The notes below the pieces were generated by a model, which was not told the origin of the DNA, did no database searches, and saw only the letters and a list, made by a program, of their open reading frames with translations. Shown here piece by piece: positions 31,142 to 41,409 of a stretch of DNA of 49,888 bases; within the stretch, counting starts at the first letter, position 1, and each line of letters opens with the position of its first letter. Both the position numbers and the translations under genes were made by a program. The DNA comes from Burkholderiales bacterium (GTDB taxonomy: Bacteria; Pseudomonadota; Gammaproteobacteria; Burkholderiales; Burkholderiaceae_D), in contig JBBQCA010000001.1 in NCBI GenBank assembly GCA_038318315.1, positions 1 through 49,888 on the forward strand. The letters are read 5' to 3'.

Positions 31142-32179
31142 TCAGGCCCTTTTTTGAATCGATGATTGTCGGGCTCGGCTCGTTCGCGCCAGCCACAGCG
31201 CGCCGCCCGGAAGGCCCAGCGCGATCTGCATCAGGCCGTAGGTGACCGAAATGGCCAAGGCGTCGCTGACCGTGACTCCGAACTGGCCCAGGCCGAAGAT
31301 CATGGCACCTTCCCTGACGCCCCATCCTCCATACGAGATGGGAATCATCGACACCAGCATGATCGCCGGCACGACGAGCAGCGCAGGCCCGAAATGCAAA
31401 GGAATATCCATTCCTCTTGCACACAGATAGATCGCCACCACCAGCAGAAACTGCACCGCCGTGGAAAGCGCGATGATGAGCGCGCTGGTCGCAGTGGAAT
31501 AAAGTACTTTTCGCAGATCGCCTATCAGTTTTCCCAAAGGCCGCGCGATTCGATAATGCGCCAGCAATCGTGCGATCAGATTTCCAAAGACAAACAATCC
31601 CGTCGATCCGCATAAACCGAGCACCGCGATGAACGTGAATAAACGGTTCATCGTCGCGCTGTCCGCGGCTATTTGCGGAAAAACGAGAAAGGTAACGGAA
31701 ATGATCAGCACCAGGACAACCAATGCCACTGCGCGGTCGCACACGATGGCGGTGACCGCCCGCCCGAGCGGCACGCCCTCGCGAGACGAGAGCCACGCGC
31801 GCACGGCATCGCCGCCGACCGCCGATGGAAGAACCTGATTGAAAAACTGACCGATCAGCGTCAGCCTGAAAACCTGCCTAACCGGCATGTACGCATCGAC
31901 CAGTCGGTTGACCAGCAGCCACCGCAAACTGGCGAGCGTGAGTTGAAGCAACAAGACACCCAAGGCGATCGCGGCCACACCCAGCTGCATGCTGCGTATC
32001 TGCGTCAATACCGGCGCGAGATCGACTTTACCCAACAGATAAGCGACCAGAGCGATCGTGACGCCGAGTTTCAGTCCGAACTTGATCCACGCGAAAGTCT
32101 TTTGCTTCATCTCATTCGTCATCTCGTAGCCGCGGATTCGTCCGCTCCTCGGGAGCCGACCCGCTTTGTCGCCATTCAT
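31142..32179 (-). CDS. Lysylphosphatidylglycerol-synthase-TM (UPF0104/AglD2-like) flippase-like membrane protein
   Basis: RW..L, FFNQVLPSAVGGDAVR, DR and PISYGGWGVREG motifs. Start is 32179 (overlaps the upstream stop) or slightly downstream. Confidence 0.85.
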   Translation of the reverse strand: MNGDKAGRLPRSGRIRGYEMTNEMKQKTFAWIKFGLKLGVTIALVAYLLGKVDLAPVLTQIRSMQLGVAAIALGVLLLQLTLASLRWLLVNRLVDAYMPVRQVFRLTLIGQFFNQVLPSAVGGDAVRAWLSSREGVPLGRAVTAIVCDRAVALVVLVLIISVTFLVFPQIAADSATMNRLFTFIAVLGLCGSTGLFVFGNLIARLLAHYRIARPLGKLIGDLRKVLYSTATSALIIALSTAVQFLLVVAIYLCARGMDIPLHFGPALLVVPAIMLVSMIPISYGGWGVREGAMIFGLGQFGVTVSDALAISVTYGLMQIALGLPGGALWLARTSRARQSSIQKRA

Positions 32180-32913
32180 CAGAATTGGAGTCTCTTGTAG
32201 ATACTCCACGGCAACAATCTGAGTATTGCCGCGATCACCGTCCAATAACGTGGCAGAAAAATGTTTCCCTTGTCGCGGTTCAGGCGATTCACGACATATC
32301 GGGCGACGCGGTCGGGCGACGCCGGCGGAAACAGCAATTTGCGCCCGAAGGTCTGTTGGGTATTCAGATAGCCCAGGTGATAGAACTGAACGTGGACGTC
32401 CGAACCGGCGCAGCGATGCCGCAGGCTTTCAAAATAGGACGCAAGTCCTCGTTTGGCCGCAGCATAAACGACGTTGGCGTTGCGACCCCGTATCGCCGCG
32501 ATCGATCCGAAGCCGACGATATTCGCCGGTCCGGAGGTCAGCATCTGGGGCAGGAATTCGGCAACCGTGACCATGACGCTGGTGAGATTCACGTCGAGCA
32601 GGCGGCGGGTCTCGGCCGTGCCGAGCGTCCCGCGATCGTCCTCGAAGGTAAAGCCCGCCGGAAAGAAAAGCCCGTGAATCTCCTGCATCTGGCTGGTCGC
32701 ATCCCGCAGCAAGGCCAGCAATTGATCGAGATCGGCGGCATCGGCCGCCACGGCCACGACGTGTACCGAATACCTGAGGCGCAACGATGCCGCCTGCGCT
32801 TCGACGTCGCGCGCATCTTGCGCGACCAGCACGAGATCATGACCGCGAGCGGCGAGCGCTTCGCTGAGCGATCGGCCCAGTCCTGCGGATGCTCCGACGA
32901 CGATGGCGTTCAT
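32179..32913 (-). CDS. Short-chain dehydrogenase, DprE2-like
   Basis: GASAGLG, SIAAIRGRNANVVYAAAK and C-terminal LP...YKRL. Coupled to the DprE1-like gene. Confidence 0.82.
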   Translation of the reverse strand: MNAIVVGASAGLGRSLSEALAARGHDLVLVAQDARDVEAQAASLRLRYSVHVVAVAADAADLDQLLALLRDATSQMQEIHGLFFPAGFTFEDDRGTLGTAETRRLLDVNLTSVMVTVAEFLPQMLTSGPANIVGFGSIAAIRGRNANVVYAAAKRGLASYFESLRHRCAGSDVHVQFYHLGYLNTQQTFGRKLLFPPASPDRVARYVVNRLNRDKGNIFLPRYWTVIAAILRLLPWSIYKRLQF

Positions 32914-34262
32914 AAGCCGAGACGTTCGGAGACTTCGGAGCGAAAGCGGCGCTCGGGATCGAATGCGCTCAACTGTCGGCGAAAGGCGGCGATCTCGGGA
33001 TAGGTCTGTTCGACGATTTCGCGCGGCAGCCTCGAATCCTTGATGATGTTGGGCCGGCCGCGTACCCGCAATACCAGCGCATCGAGAAACGCGAGCATCT
33101 CGCCGGCATTCCTGTCGCGGGGAAAATCAAGCGCCAGGCAGACGCCTCGACCGTTGAAACGCAGCAGTCTGGATTCGCCGCCGAATATCTTGGCCGAAGC
33201 GAGCGATATGGCGATTCCTCTCGATCGTAAATAATCGGTCAACTCGCGCGTCAATTGATCGACATACTCGCTGGCGACGATGAATTGATATTCGTGAAAA
33301 CCGCGACGACCGAACAGGCTGAAATAGAACTGATTGCTCTCGAGCGGGAATAAGGCCTGATGAATATCGACTCGCCGATGGCGCGATTTACCGTTGAACC
33401 GATGCTTGTACAACCCGTTCATCCACTGCGCCGTATGACGGTTCATCAATCCAAACGGCAATCGCGCCCGCCCTTCGGAAGTCAGTTGCGGACCTTCGTG
33501 GATTTCGTTACTCGCACGCTCGCCCGATGTCGGTTGTCCTTCCGGCACGAACCCGGCACGAAATAGAAACCCTTCGCCAAAGCGGTTCCCGGCGCGCATC
33601 AGGTCGTGCCAGGTATAGACGAAATCCGCTGTCTCCGATGCCGTCTCGAGGGCATGGAGACCCGCGGCCAGATTTGCAACGCGAAGTGCCTCGATATCGA
33701 TCAGGCATCCCGGTAATCGTTGCAGGCGCAGTTCGACCGAGACGATGTGGCCGGTCAACCCCAGGCCTCCGCAAGTCAATTCGAAGATGTCCCGTTCCCG
33801 CTCGCGCGAAAGTTCGAGAACGCCGTGCGCGGGATGAAACAATTCGATGGACTCGACTTGCTCGATGAAATTTCCGTCGCGTTTTTGATTCTTTCCGTGA
33901 ACGTCGGCGGCGATGCAGCCCCCGACCGTGATTCGCCCGTGCCCGGGCTGGATGGGAAGATAGAACCCGTGCGGAAGCAAAAGCGCACAAAGCTCGCCCA
34001 GCGAAATCCCCGCCTCGACTTTCACGCGGGCTCGCGCGCCATCGAGTTCCAGCGCGCGATTGAAGGCGCCGTGCTCCACCGAAATTCCGTCGGCGGAAAA
34101 ACTCGCCGGCGCGTACGACAGTCCGGCGCCGCGCGGAATCGAGACGGCGACTCCCGGCATGTCCAGCAAATGACGATAGCGATCGGGACGCTGCATAGTC
34201 ACCGATGCCGCAACGCCGCCATCGAAGCTGACCAGGTCTTGTCGGCGCGTTGGCGCGCTCAT
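32910..34262 (-). CDS. FAD-binding oxidoreductase, DprE1-like (polyprenylphosphoryl-sugar 2'-oxidase family)
   Basis: RGAGLSY, PG..TVGG.IAADVHGKN, GGLGLTG, EYQF, LALDFP, KDSR and DPERRFRSEVSERL. Confidence 0.85.
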   Translation of the reverse strand: MSAPTRRQDLVSFDGGVAASVTMQRPDRYRHLLDMPGVAVSIPRGAGLSYAPASFSADGISVEHGAFNRALELDGARARVKVEAGISLGELCALLLPHGFYLPIQPGHGRITVGGCIAADVHGKNQKRDGNFIEQVESIELFHPAHGVLELSRERERDIFELTCGGLGLTGHIVSVELRLQRLPGCLIDIEALRVANLAAGLHALETASETADFVYTWHDLMRAGNRFGEGFLFRAGFVPEGQPTSGERASNEIHEGPQLTSEGRARLPFGLMNRHTAQWMNGLYKHRFNGKSRHRRVDIHQALFPLESNQFYFSLFGRRGFHEYQFIVASEYVDQLTRELTDYLRSRGIAISLASAKIFGGESRLLRFNGRGVCLALDFPRDRNAGEMLAFLDALVLRVRGRPNIIKDSRLPREIVEQTYPEIAAFRRQLSAFDPERRFRSEVSERLGL

Positions 34263-34275
34263 TTTCGAATACGCG

Positions 34276-35211
34276 CTAGTCGGACTGCGGACGCGAAAAG
34301 CGGCGCTGCACGATGAAGTTCGGCCGGCCCAGTCCGTTCTTGTACGTGCGCGCGACATACAGCGCAATGAAGGCGATCGTTCCCCCGATATATCCGCAGA
34401 ACAGCAGCGCGTTCAACAACAGCAGCCACGCCTCGTTCTCCCGCAGATACCACGCGCCCAGGAGACCGGTCGCGAGCAACCAGAACGGCAGCAGGTAGAT
34501 GGGCAATCGAAGCATCAATGTCGTGGAGGAAAGGATGCCGGCGACTGCAAACAGCGTCATGCCGCGAAAATTGTAATGCGTCTCTCCCGCGATACGTCGT
34601 TGCCGTTTGTAAGGTATTCCCTTGCGGCGAAAGCCGACTCTGGCAATGGAGCTTCTGATAAAAGGGAATGAACTGCGATCGCGAATGACCGCGTCGCGCA
34701 CCTCGGCCGTGAAGAAGGCGAACTCGGCCAGATACAGAATGATTTCATCATCGCCGACACGACGCACGACGTGATAAAAAAGTTTGCGCAGCGCTTTCAG
34801 GAAACCATTCTCGACGCGATCGATGCGTTCCCCATAAACAATGTCGTAACCCTCTTCATAGGTTCGAACGAAGTCGAGGATCATTTCCGGAGGATCCTCG
34901 CAGTCGACGTCGATAAAAGTCATCAATTCGCCTTTGGCGTGATGCAGGCCACATTCGAGCGATCTTTGATAACCGACGTTCGTGCTCAGGCTGATGTAAT
35001 ACACAAACGGATGATTGCCCGCCAAGTCCCGAAGCGCCTGCAAGGTTCCATCGGTCGATGCATTGTTCAGGAACAGCAGGTCGACTTTGTATCTCGCGGA
35101 AAGACTCTCGATCACCGGCAACATGCGCGAGAAGAACAGTGGGACGGTCTTTTCCTCGTTGAATACCGGGCAGATCACGGTCAGGTGTTGACGACGAATT
35201 TCCGAATTCAT
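34276..35211 (-). CDS. GtrB/ArnC-like GT2 polyprenyl-phosphate glycosyltransferase
   Basis: PVFNEE, STDGT, DVDCEDPPE, GYDIVYGER, two C-terminal TMs and RPNFIV. Confidence 0.87.
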   Translation of the reverse strand: MNSEIRRQHLTVICPVFNEEKTVPLFFSRMLPVIESLSARYKVDLLFLNNASTDGTLQALRDLAGNHPFVYYISLSTNVGYQRSLECGLHHAKGELMTFIDVDCEDPPEMILDFVRTYEEGYDIVYGERIDRVENGFLKALRKLFYHVVRRVGDDEIILYLAEFAFFTAEVRDAVIRDRSSFPFIRSSIARVGFRRKGIPYKRQRRIAGETHYNFRGMTLFAVAGILSSTTLMLRLPIYLLPFWLLATGLLGAWYLRENEAWLLLLNALLFCGYIGGTIAFIALYVARTYKNGLGRPNFIVQRRFSRPQSD

Positions 35212-35346
35212 TTTGAGTTTGTTCTGCGCGGCGCGTGTTGATGGACGGCGCCGGTGGGTCCGTGGTTGAGAGCGACGTACGATGGGATCTCGGTCCCGTT
35301 CGAGATTATCGCCGCAGCGAGAATGACACTGCGTGACACCGCGAAC

Positions 35347-36357
35347 TTACCTGCTTCGAAAGCGCGCCCTGGCGATCGCTCTCGCGCGGCGCACGAGGCC
35401 GGCAACGCCGGTCGGCATCAGATACATGAAGCCGATCAGGAAGACGCCGTAGATCGCCCACGGCGCCGCCTTGGAAATCTGGTCGGCGACGTTGGGGACG
35501 AACTGGATGAAGAGCGCGCCGAAGAAGGCGCCCGAGATCGAGGCGAGCCCGCCGATCACGACACCGACCACCAAGCTGATCGACAGGAAGATCGTGAACG
35601 AATCGGGCGCGATGAATTGCACGACGATCGCGCCCAGCGCGCCCGCGATGCCGGTGTACATCGCCGAGACGCCGAAGGTCAGCGACTTGTAGAGCGCGAT
35701 GTTGACGCCCATCGCAACGGCTGCGATCGGCTGGTCGCGGATCGCGACCATCGCGCGCCCGATCCGACCGCGCAGCAGGTTCCACGCGAGCAGCATCATC
35801 ACGAGCGTGCAGAACAGCGTGAAGAAATAGAGCCACTGGTCCTGCGACAGCGCCATCCACTGCGGCAACCATGACGGCGCGTCAGGCTTGACGATGACGA
35901 TGCCCTGCGCACCGCCGGTCCATTTCCCGATCAACTTGTATTTGAGGATCTGCGGCATCGCCACGCCGAGCGCGAAGGTCGCGAGCGCGAGATACAGCCC
36001 TTCGAGCCGCAATGCCGGCAGTCCGAACAGGAATCCGCTGACCAGGCACACCGCACCCGCGATCGGGATCGTTGCCCAGTACGGAATGTTGAAGCGATCC
36101 ATCAGGATCGCGGCCGTGTAGGCGCCGATCGCGTAGAACGCGCCGTGGCCGAGCGAGATCTGACCGTTGTAGCCGGTCAGCATGTTGAGGCCCATCAACG
36201 CGATCGCATAGACCAGCGCCAGCGTGAATTGGAACGTGCGGTAGTTGCTGATGAAGAAAGGCAGCACGCATGCGGCGACCAGCAGGGCGACAAGGCCCGC
36301 GATCTGCCACATGGTCGGGCGCGACGAGAGCGGACGACCGACCGTCATGGTCTTCAT
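35347..36357 (-). CDS. livM: Liv-type ABC transporter permease (LivM-like)
   Basis: GLNMLTGYNGQISLGHGAF, LRLEGLYLALAT and GRAMVAIRD. Confidence 0.9.
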   Translation of the reverse strand: MKTMTVGRPLSSRPTMWQIAGLVALLVAACVLPFFISNYRTFQFTLALVYAIALMGLNMLTGYNGQISLGHGAFYAIGAYTAAILMDRFNIPYWATIPIAGAVCLVSGFLFGLPALRLEGLYLALATFALGVAMPQILKYKLIGKWTGGAQGIVIVKPDAPSWLPQWMALSQDQWLYFFTLFCTLVMMLLAWNLLRGRIGRAMVAIRDQPIAAVAMGVNIALYKSLTFGVSAMYTGIAGALGAIVVQFIAPDSFTIFLSISLVVGVVIGGLASISGAFFGALFIQFVPNVADQISKAAPWAIYGVFLIGFMYLMPTGVAGLVRRARAIARARFRSR

Positions 36358-36359
36358 CG

Positions 36360-37229
36360 TCAGACCCGCTTCACCTGAACGCTGCCGAACAGGCCTTGCG
36401 GCCTGACCACCAGCACGGTGACGATCAGCACCAGCGCCACCGTGAGCTTGATCTCGGTGCCGATGTAGGTGCCGGCCACGTTCTCGAGCACGCCCACGAT
36501 CAGGCCGCCGAGCACCGCGCCTCCGGGACTGTCGATGCCGCCGAGCAAGGCACCCGCGAAGGCGTAGAGCAGGATGCCCGACATCATGTTGGGCTCGAGG
36601 AAGACGATCGGCGCGACCATCATCCCGGCGATCGCACCGATCGCCGATGCCAGCCCCCAGCCGAGCGCGAGCATCCAGCCGACGCGAATCCCGACCAGCC
36701 GGCTCGACTCGGGATTCTGCGCGGCCGCGCGCATCGCCAGACCCAGCGGCGTGAAGCGAAAGAACACGTACAGGAGCGCGAGCACCATCAGCGTGATCGC
36801 GAGCGAGCCGAGCTCGTGCGACGACACATAGGAATTGTCGAACAGCGGCTTGGCGGGAAAGGGGCTCGGGAAGGATTTGATGGTGTATGAAAAAATCCAG
36901 CCGGCCAGGCTGTTCAGGATCACGAGCAAGCCGATGAACACGATCACGACCGCGAGGATCGAGGAGTTCTCCACCGGCCGAACGATCACGCGTTCGATCG
37001 CGACGCCGGCCACGAAGGCGACACCGACGGTGATGAAGAACGCTCCCCAGTACGGCATGCCCGCATTGATCAGGCTCCATGCGATGTAGGTCGAGCACAT
37101 CGCCATCTCGCCCTGCGCGAAATTCACCAGGTGGGTCGCCTGATAGATCATCACCAGCGCGAGCGCGACGCTCGCATAGATGCCGCCGGTCGCGAGGCCG
37201 GACAGGATCTGATGGATGAGGAGGTCCAT
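36360..37229 (-). CDS. livH: Liv-type ABC transporter permease (LivH-like)
   Basis: GLATGGIYA, VNFAQGE, GLAMRAAAQN and LLGGIDS. Confidence 0.9.
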   Translation of the reverse strand: MDLLIHQILSGLATGGIYASVALALVMIYQATHLVNFAQGEMAMCSTYIAWSLINAGMPYWGAFFITVGVAFVAGVAIERVIVRPVENSSILAVVIVFIGLLVILNSLAGWIFSYTIKSFPSPFPAKPLFDNSYVSSHELGSLAITLMVLALLYVFFRFTPLGLAMRAAAQNPESSRLVGIRVGWMLALGWGLASAIGAIAGMMVAPIVFLEPNMMSGILLYAFAGALLGGIDSPGGAVLGGLIVGVLENVAGTYIGTEIKLTVALVLIVTVLVVRPQGLFGSVQVKRV

Positions 37230-37239
37230 GGTCGAGGCG

Positions 37240-37952
37240 CTAGTAGCCGAGGTAGGAACGGCGCACCGACTCGTTGCCGCGGATCGCATCCGAAGTGCCG
37301 GATACGACCACGCGACCGGTTTCGAGCAGATAGGCATGGTCGGCCAGGTCGAGCGCGAGCGCCGCGTTCTGCTCGACCAGCAGCATGCTGACCTTCTCGT
37401 TCGCGTTGATCGTGCGCAGGATGTCGAACAGGCCCCTGACGATCAGCGGGGCGAGTCCGAACGACGGCTCGTCGAGCAGCAACAGTCGCGGCCTGGACAT
37501 CAGCGCGCGCGACACCGCGAGCATCTGCTGCTCGCCGCCGGACAGCGTGCCCGCCTGTTGTCGACGGCGTTCCTTCAGACGCGGGAAGTAGGCGTAGACG
37601 CGTTCGAAATCCGCCGGTACGTTGGCGCGATCGCGCCGCGTGTAGGCGCCCAGCCTGAGGTTCTCCTCGACCGTCAGGCCGAGGAAGGTGCCGCGTCCGT
37701 CGGGCACGTGGGCCACGCCTTGACGCACGATGTTCTCGGTCGCATCGCCTTCGATGTTGCGGTTCCCCAGGCGAATCGCGCCATCGGTCCTGACCATCCC
37801 GCAGACTGCGCGCAGCGTCGTGGTCTTGCCCGCGCCGTTGGCGCCGAGGATGGTGGTGATGCCGCCTTCCTCGACGTCGAAGTCCATGCCGTGCAGCACG
37901 CAGGTCGCGCCGTAGCGCGCGAACAATCCGCGGACTTCGAGCAGCGCGGCCA

Positions 37953-37953
<1 letters not shown>
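37240..37953 (-). CDS. livF: Liv-type ABC transporter ATP-binding protein (LivF-like)
   Basis: GANGAGKTT, LSGGEQQM, LLLDEPS and VEQNA. Confidence 0.92.
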
Positions 37954-38729
<776 letters not shown>

Positions 38730-38937
38730 GGTAGCGATCGGGGTCTCCTGGTTGAATACGTGTTATCGCGTGCCGACTGGATCGAAAGTCGGTGCTGTCG
38801 CGGGAAATCTATCGACCAACGGACGCGACAACAATCAAGGTAAACACGGGGGTGCCGCCGGTGCGCGTTATCATTCGCGCCACTGAACACTCTCCCAACG
38901 CGGGCCCGGCCATGGGCCGTGCGCACGCAACATCCCG

Positions 38938-41409
38938 ATGCAAGAACCCGACGAACTGCCGTTGCTCGCAACGGCATCGTTCCAGCAATCCCCTCTGCTT
39001 GCCGGCCTGAACCCCGAGCAACTTGCGGCCGTCACTTTGCCTGCGCAACCCGCGCTGATCCTCGCGGGCGCGGGCAGCGGCAAGACGCGCGTGCTCACGA
39101 CGCGCATGGCGTGGTTGATCCAGACGCATCAGGTATCGCCCGCCAACGTGCTGGCCGTGACCTTCACCAACAAGGCCGCCAAGGAAATGCTGGCGCGTCT
39201 TGGAACGATGCTGCCGATCAATTTGCGCGGCATGTGGATAGGCACGTTTCACGGTCTGTGCAATCGCTTCCTGCGCACCCACTATCGCGACGCGGCGCTG
39301 CCACAGACCTTCCAGATCCTCGACGTGGCCGACCAGATCGCGGCCGTCAAGCGCATGCAGAAGAATTTCGGCATCGACGAAGAGCGCTATCCGCCGCGCC
39401 AGACGGCGTGGTTCATCAACGGCGCGAAAGAGAAGGGGCAGCGCGCGAAGGACGTCGAGATCGACAGCGACTTCGACGGCAAGCTCGTCGAGATCTATCG
39501 TCTCTACGACGAGCAATGCCAGCGCGAAGGCGTGGTCGATTTCGCCGAGCTGCTGCTGCGCTCGTACGAACTGCTCACGCGCAATCAGCCGCTGCGCGAG
39601 CACTATCAGGCGCGCTTCCGGCACATCCTGGTCGACGAGTTCCAGGACACCAACGTGCTGCAGTACAAGTGGTTGAAGCTGCTCGCCGGTCTCGGCACGC
39701 CCGACCCCGCGGCGATCTTCGCGGTCGGCGACGACGACCAGAGCATCTATGCGTTTCGGGGCGCGAACGTGGGCAACATGGCCGAGTTCGAGCGCGAGTT
39801 CCGGGTCCAGAACGTCATCAAGCTCGAGCAGAACTATCGCTCGCACGGCCACATCCTGGATGCGGCCAACGCGCTCATCAAGAACAATGGCGCGCGCCTC
39901 GGAAAGAATCTCTGGACCGATGCCGGCGTGGGCGAACCGGTGCGCGTCTATGAAGCGAGCAGCGACGCGCAGGAAGCGCAGTGGCTGGTCGATGAAGTCA
40001 AGGCGTTGGTGCGCGAAGGGCTGAGGCGCTCGGACATCGCGGTGCTCTATCGCTCCAACGCGCAGTCGCGCGTGATCGAACACGCGCTCTTCTCGGCCGG
40101 CATTCCCTATCGCGTCTATGGCGGCTTGCGCTTCTTCGAACGCCAGGAGGTCAAGCACGCGCTCGCCTATCTGCGGCTGATTGCAAACACCGACGACGAC
40201 ACCTCGTTCGCGCGCATCGTCAACGTGCCGGCGCGCGGCATCGGCGCGCGTTCGATCGAGGTTCTGCAGGACGCGGCCAAGAGTGCGAACAGTTCGCTCC
40301 ATGCTGCCGCAAGCGCACTCGCGGATGGCGCGGGTGCGCGTGCGGGCGCGCGTGCCAATGCGGCCGCCGCGGCGAAGCTCGGCATCTTCGTGAAGCTGAT
40401 CGAACGCCTGCGCCTGGAGACGCAGGCGATGCCGCTTTCCGAAATGATCGAACACGTCAATCATGAGAGCGGCCTGATCGCGTTCTACGAGAGCGAGAAG
40501 GACGGCGCCGAACGCAAGGAGAACCTGGACGAACTCGTCAATGCCGCTGCGAGTTTCGCTGGCGAAGAAGGCTTCGCGTTGAACGCACGCGCCAATCGGA
40601 TCCCCGGGTCGATGTCCACTTCGATCCAGGCGCCGCGCGCGGAGTTGCAGACCCCCGGCGCCATCGACGCCGACGTCGAGGTCGGCAATGCCGGCGATCC
40701 GCAGGTGCTCGATGCGGGCACGGTCGAACCGGTGTTCGCGTCGCCGCTCGACGCCTTTCTTTCGCACGCGTCGCTCGAAGCCGGCGACAACCAGGCGGGC
40801 GCGGGACAGGACGCCTTGCAATTGATGACGGTGCATTCGGCCAAGGGCCTCGAGTTCGACGCGGTCTTCATCGGTGGACTCGAAGAAGGACTCTTCCCGC
40901 ACGACAACAGCACCACCGATCAGGCTGGCCTCGAAGAAGAACGCCGCCTGATGTACGTCGCGATCACGCGCGCGCGAAAGCGCCTCTACCTGTCGTTCTC
41001 GCAGACCCGCATGTTGCACGGGCAGACCCGCTACAACCCCAAGTCGCGCTTCTTCGACGAACTGCCCGACGAGACGCTCAAGTGGCTCACGCCGCGCACC
41101 GGGCTGGCGCGTCCGGGTTATGGAGGTGGCTTCGGCGCAGGCTTCGGAAGCAACCCCAACACCTACGGTCGTCACAGCGCCGCATGGGACGACGCGCCGA
41201 CCAGCGAGGCGCTGCCCGCATGGACCGCGAACAAGCGCGGCGGCGATGCGCGCTTTCGCATCGGACAAAGCGTCGTGCACGCGAAATTCGGCGAAGGCGT
41301 GATCGTCAATCTCGAAGGCAGCGGCAACGACGCGCGCGCCCAGATCAACTTCGGGCGGCAAGGCATGAAGTGGCTCGCGCTCGGCATCGCGAAACTCGAG
41401 GCGGCATGA
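38938..41409 (+). CDS. uvrD: DNA helicase II UvrD
   Basis: AGAGSGKT, TFTNKAA, VDEFQD, LEQNYRS, MTVHSAKGLEF, EERRLMYVAITRA and C-terminal Tudor (HAKFGEG). Confidence 0.96.
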   Translation: MQEPDELPLLATASFQQSPLLAGLNPEQLAAVTLPAQPALILAGAGSGKTRVLTTRMAWLIQTHQVSPANVLAVTFTNKAAKEMLARLGTMLPINLRGMWIGTFHGLCNRFLRTHYRDAALPQTFQILDVADQIAAVKRMQKNFGIDEERYPPRQTAWFINGAKEKGQRAKDVEIDSDFDGKLVEIYRLYDEQCQREGVVDFAELLLRSYELLTRNQPLREHYQARFRHILVDEFQDTNVLQYKWLKLLAGLGTPDPAAIFAVGDDDQSIYAFRGANVGNMAEFEREFRVQNVIKLEQNYRSHGHILDAANALIKNNGARLGKNLWTDAGVGEPVRVYEASSDAQEAQWLVDEVKALVREGLRRSDIAVLYRSNAQSRVIEHALFSAGIPYRVYGGLRFFERQEVKHALAYLRLIANTDDDTSFARIVNVPARGIGARSIEVLQDAAKSANSSLHAAASALADGAGARAGARANAAAAAKLGIFVKLIERLRLETQAMPLSEMIEHVNHESGLIAFYESEKDGAERKENLDELVNAAASFAGEEGFALNARANRIPGSMSTSIQAPRAELQTPGAIDADVEVGNAGDPQVLDAGTVEPVFASPLDAFLSHASLEAGDNQAGAGQDALQLMTVHSAKGLEFDAVFIGGLEEGLFPHDNSTTDQAGLEEERRLMYVAITRARKRLYLSFSQTRMLHGQTRYNPKSRFFDELPDETLKWLTPRTGLARPGYGGGFGAGFGSNPNTYGRHSAAWDDAPTSEALPAWTANKRGGDARFRIGQSVVHAKFGEGVIVNLEGSGNDARAQINFGRQGMKWLALGIAKLEAA

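Noticed and set aside
40560-40745. ~50-aa extra segment in UvrD before FLSHASLEAG
   Set aside because: No intein motifs, and I recall similar variable linkers in other Burkholderiales UvrD proteins.
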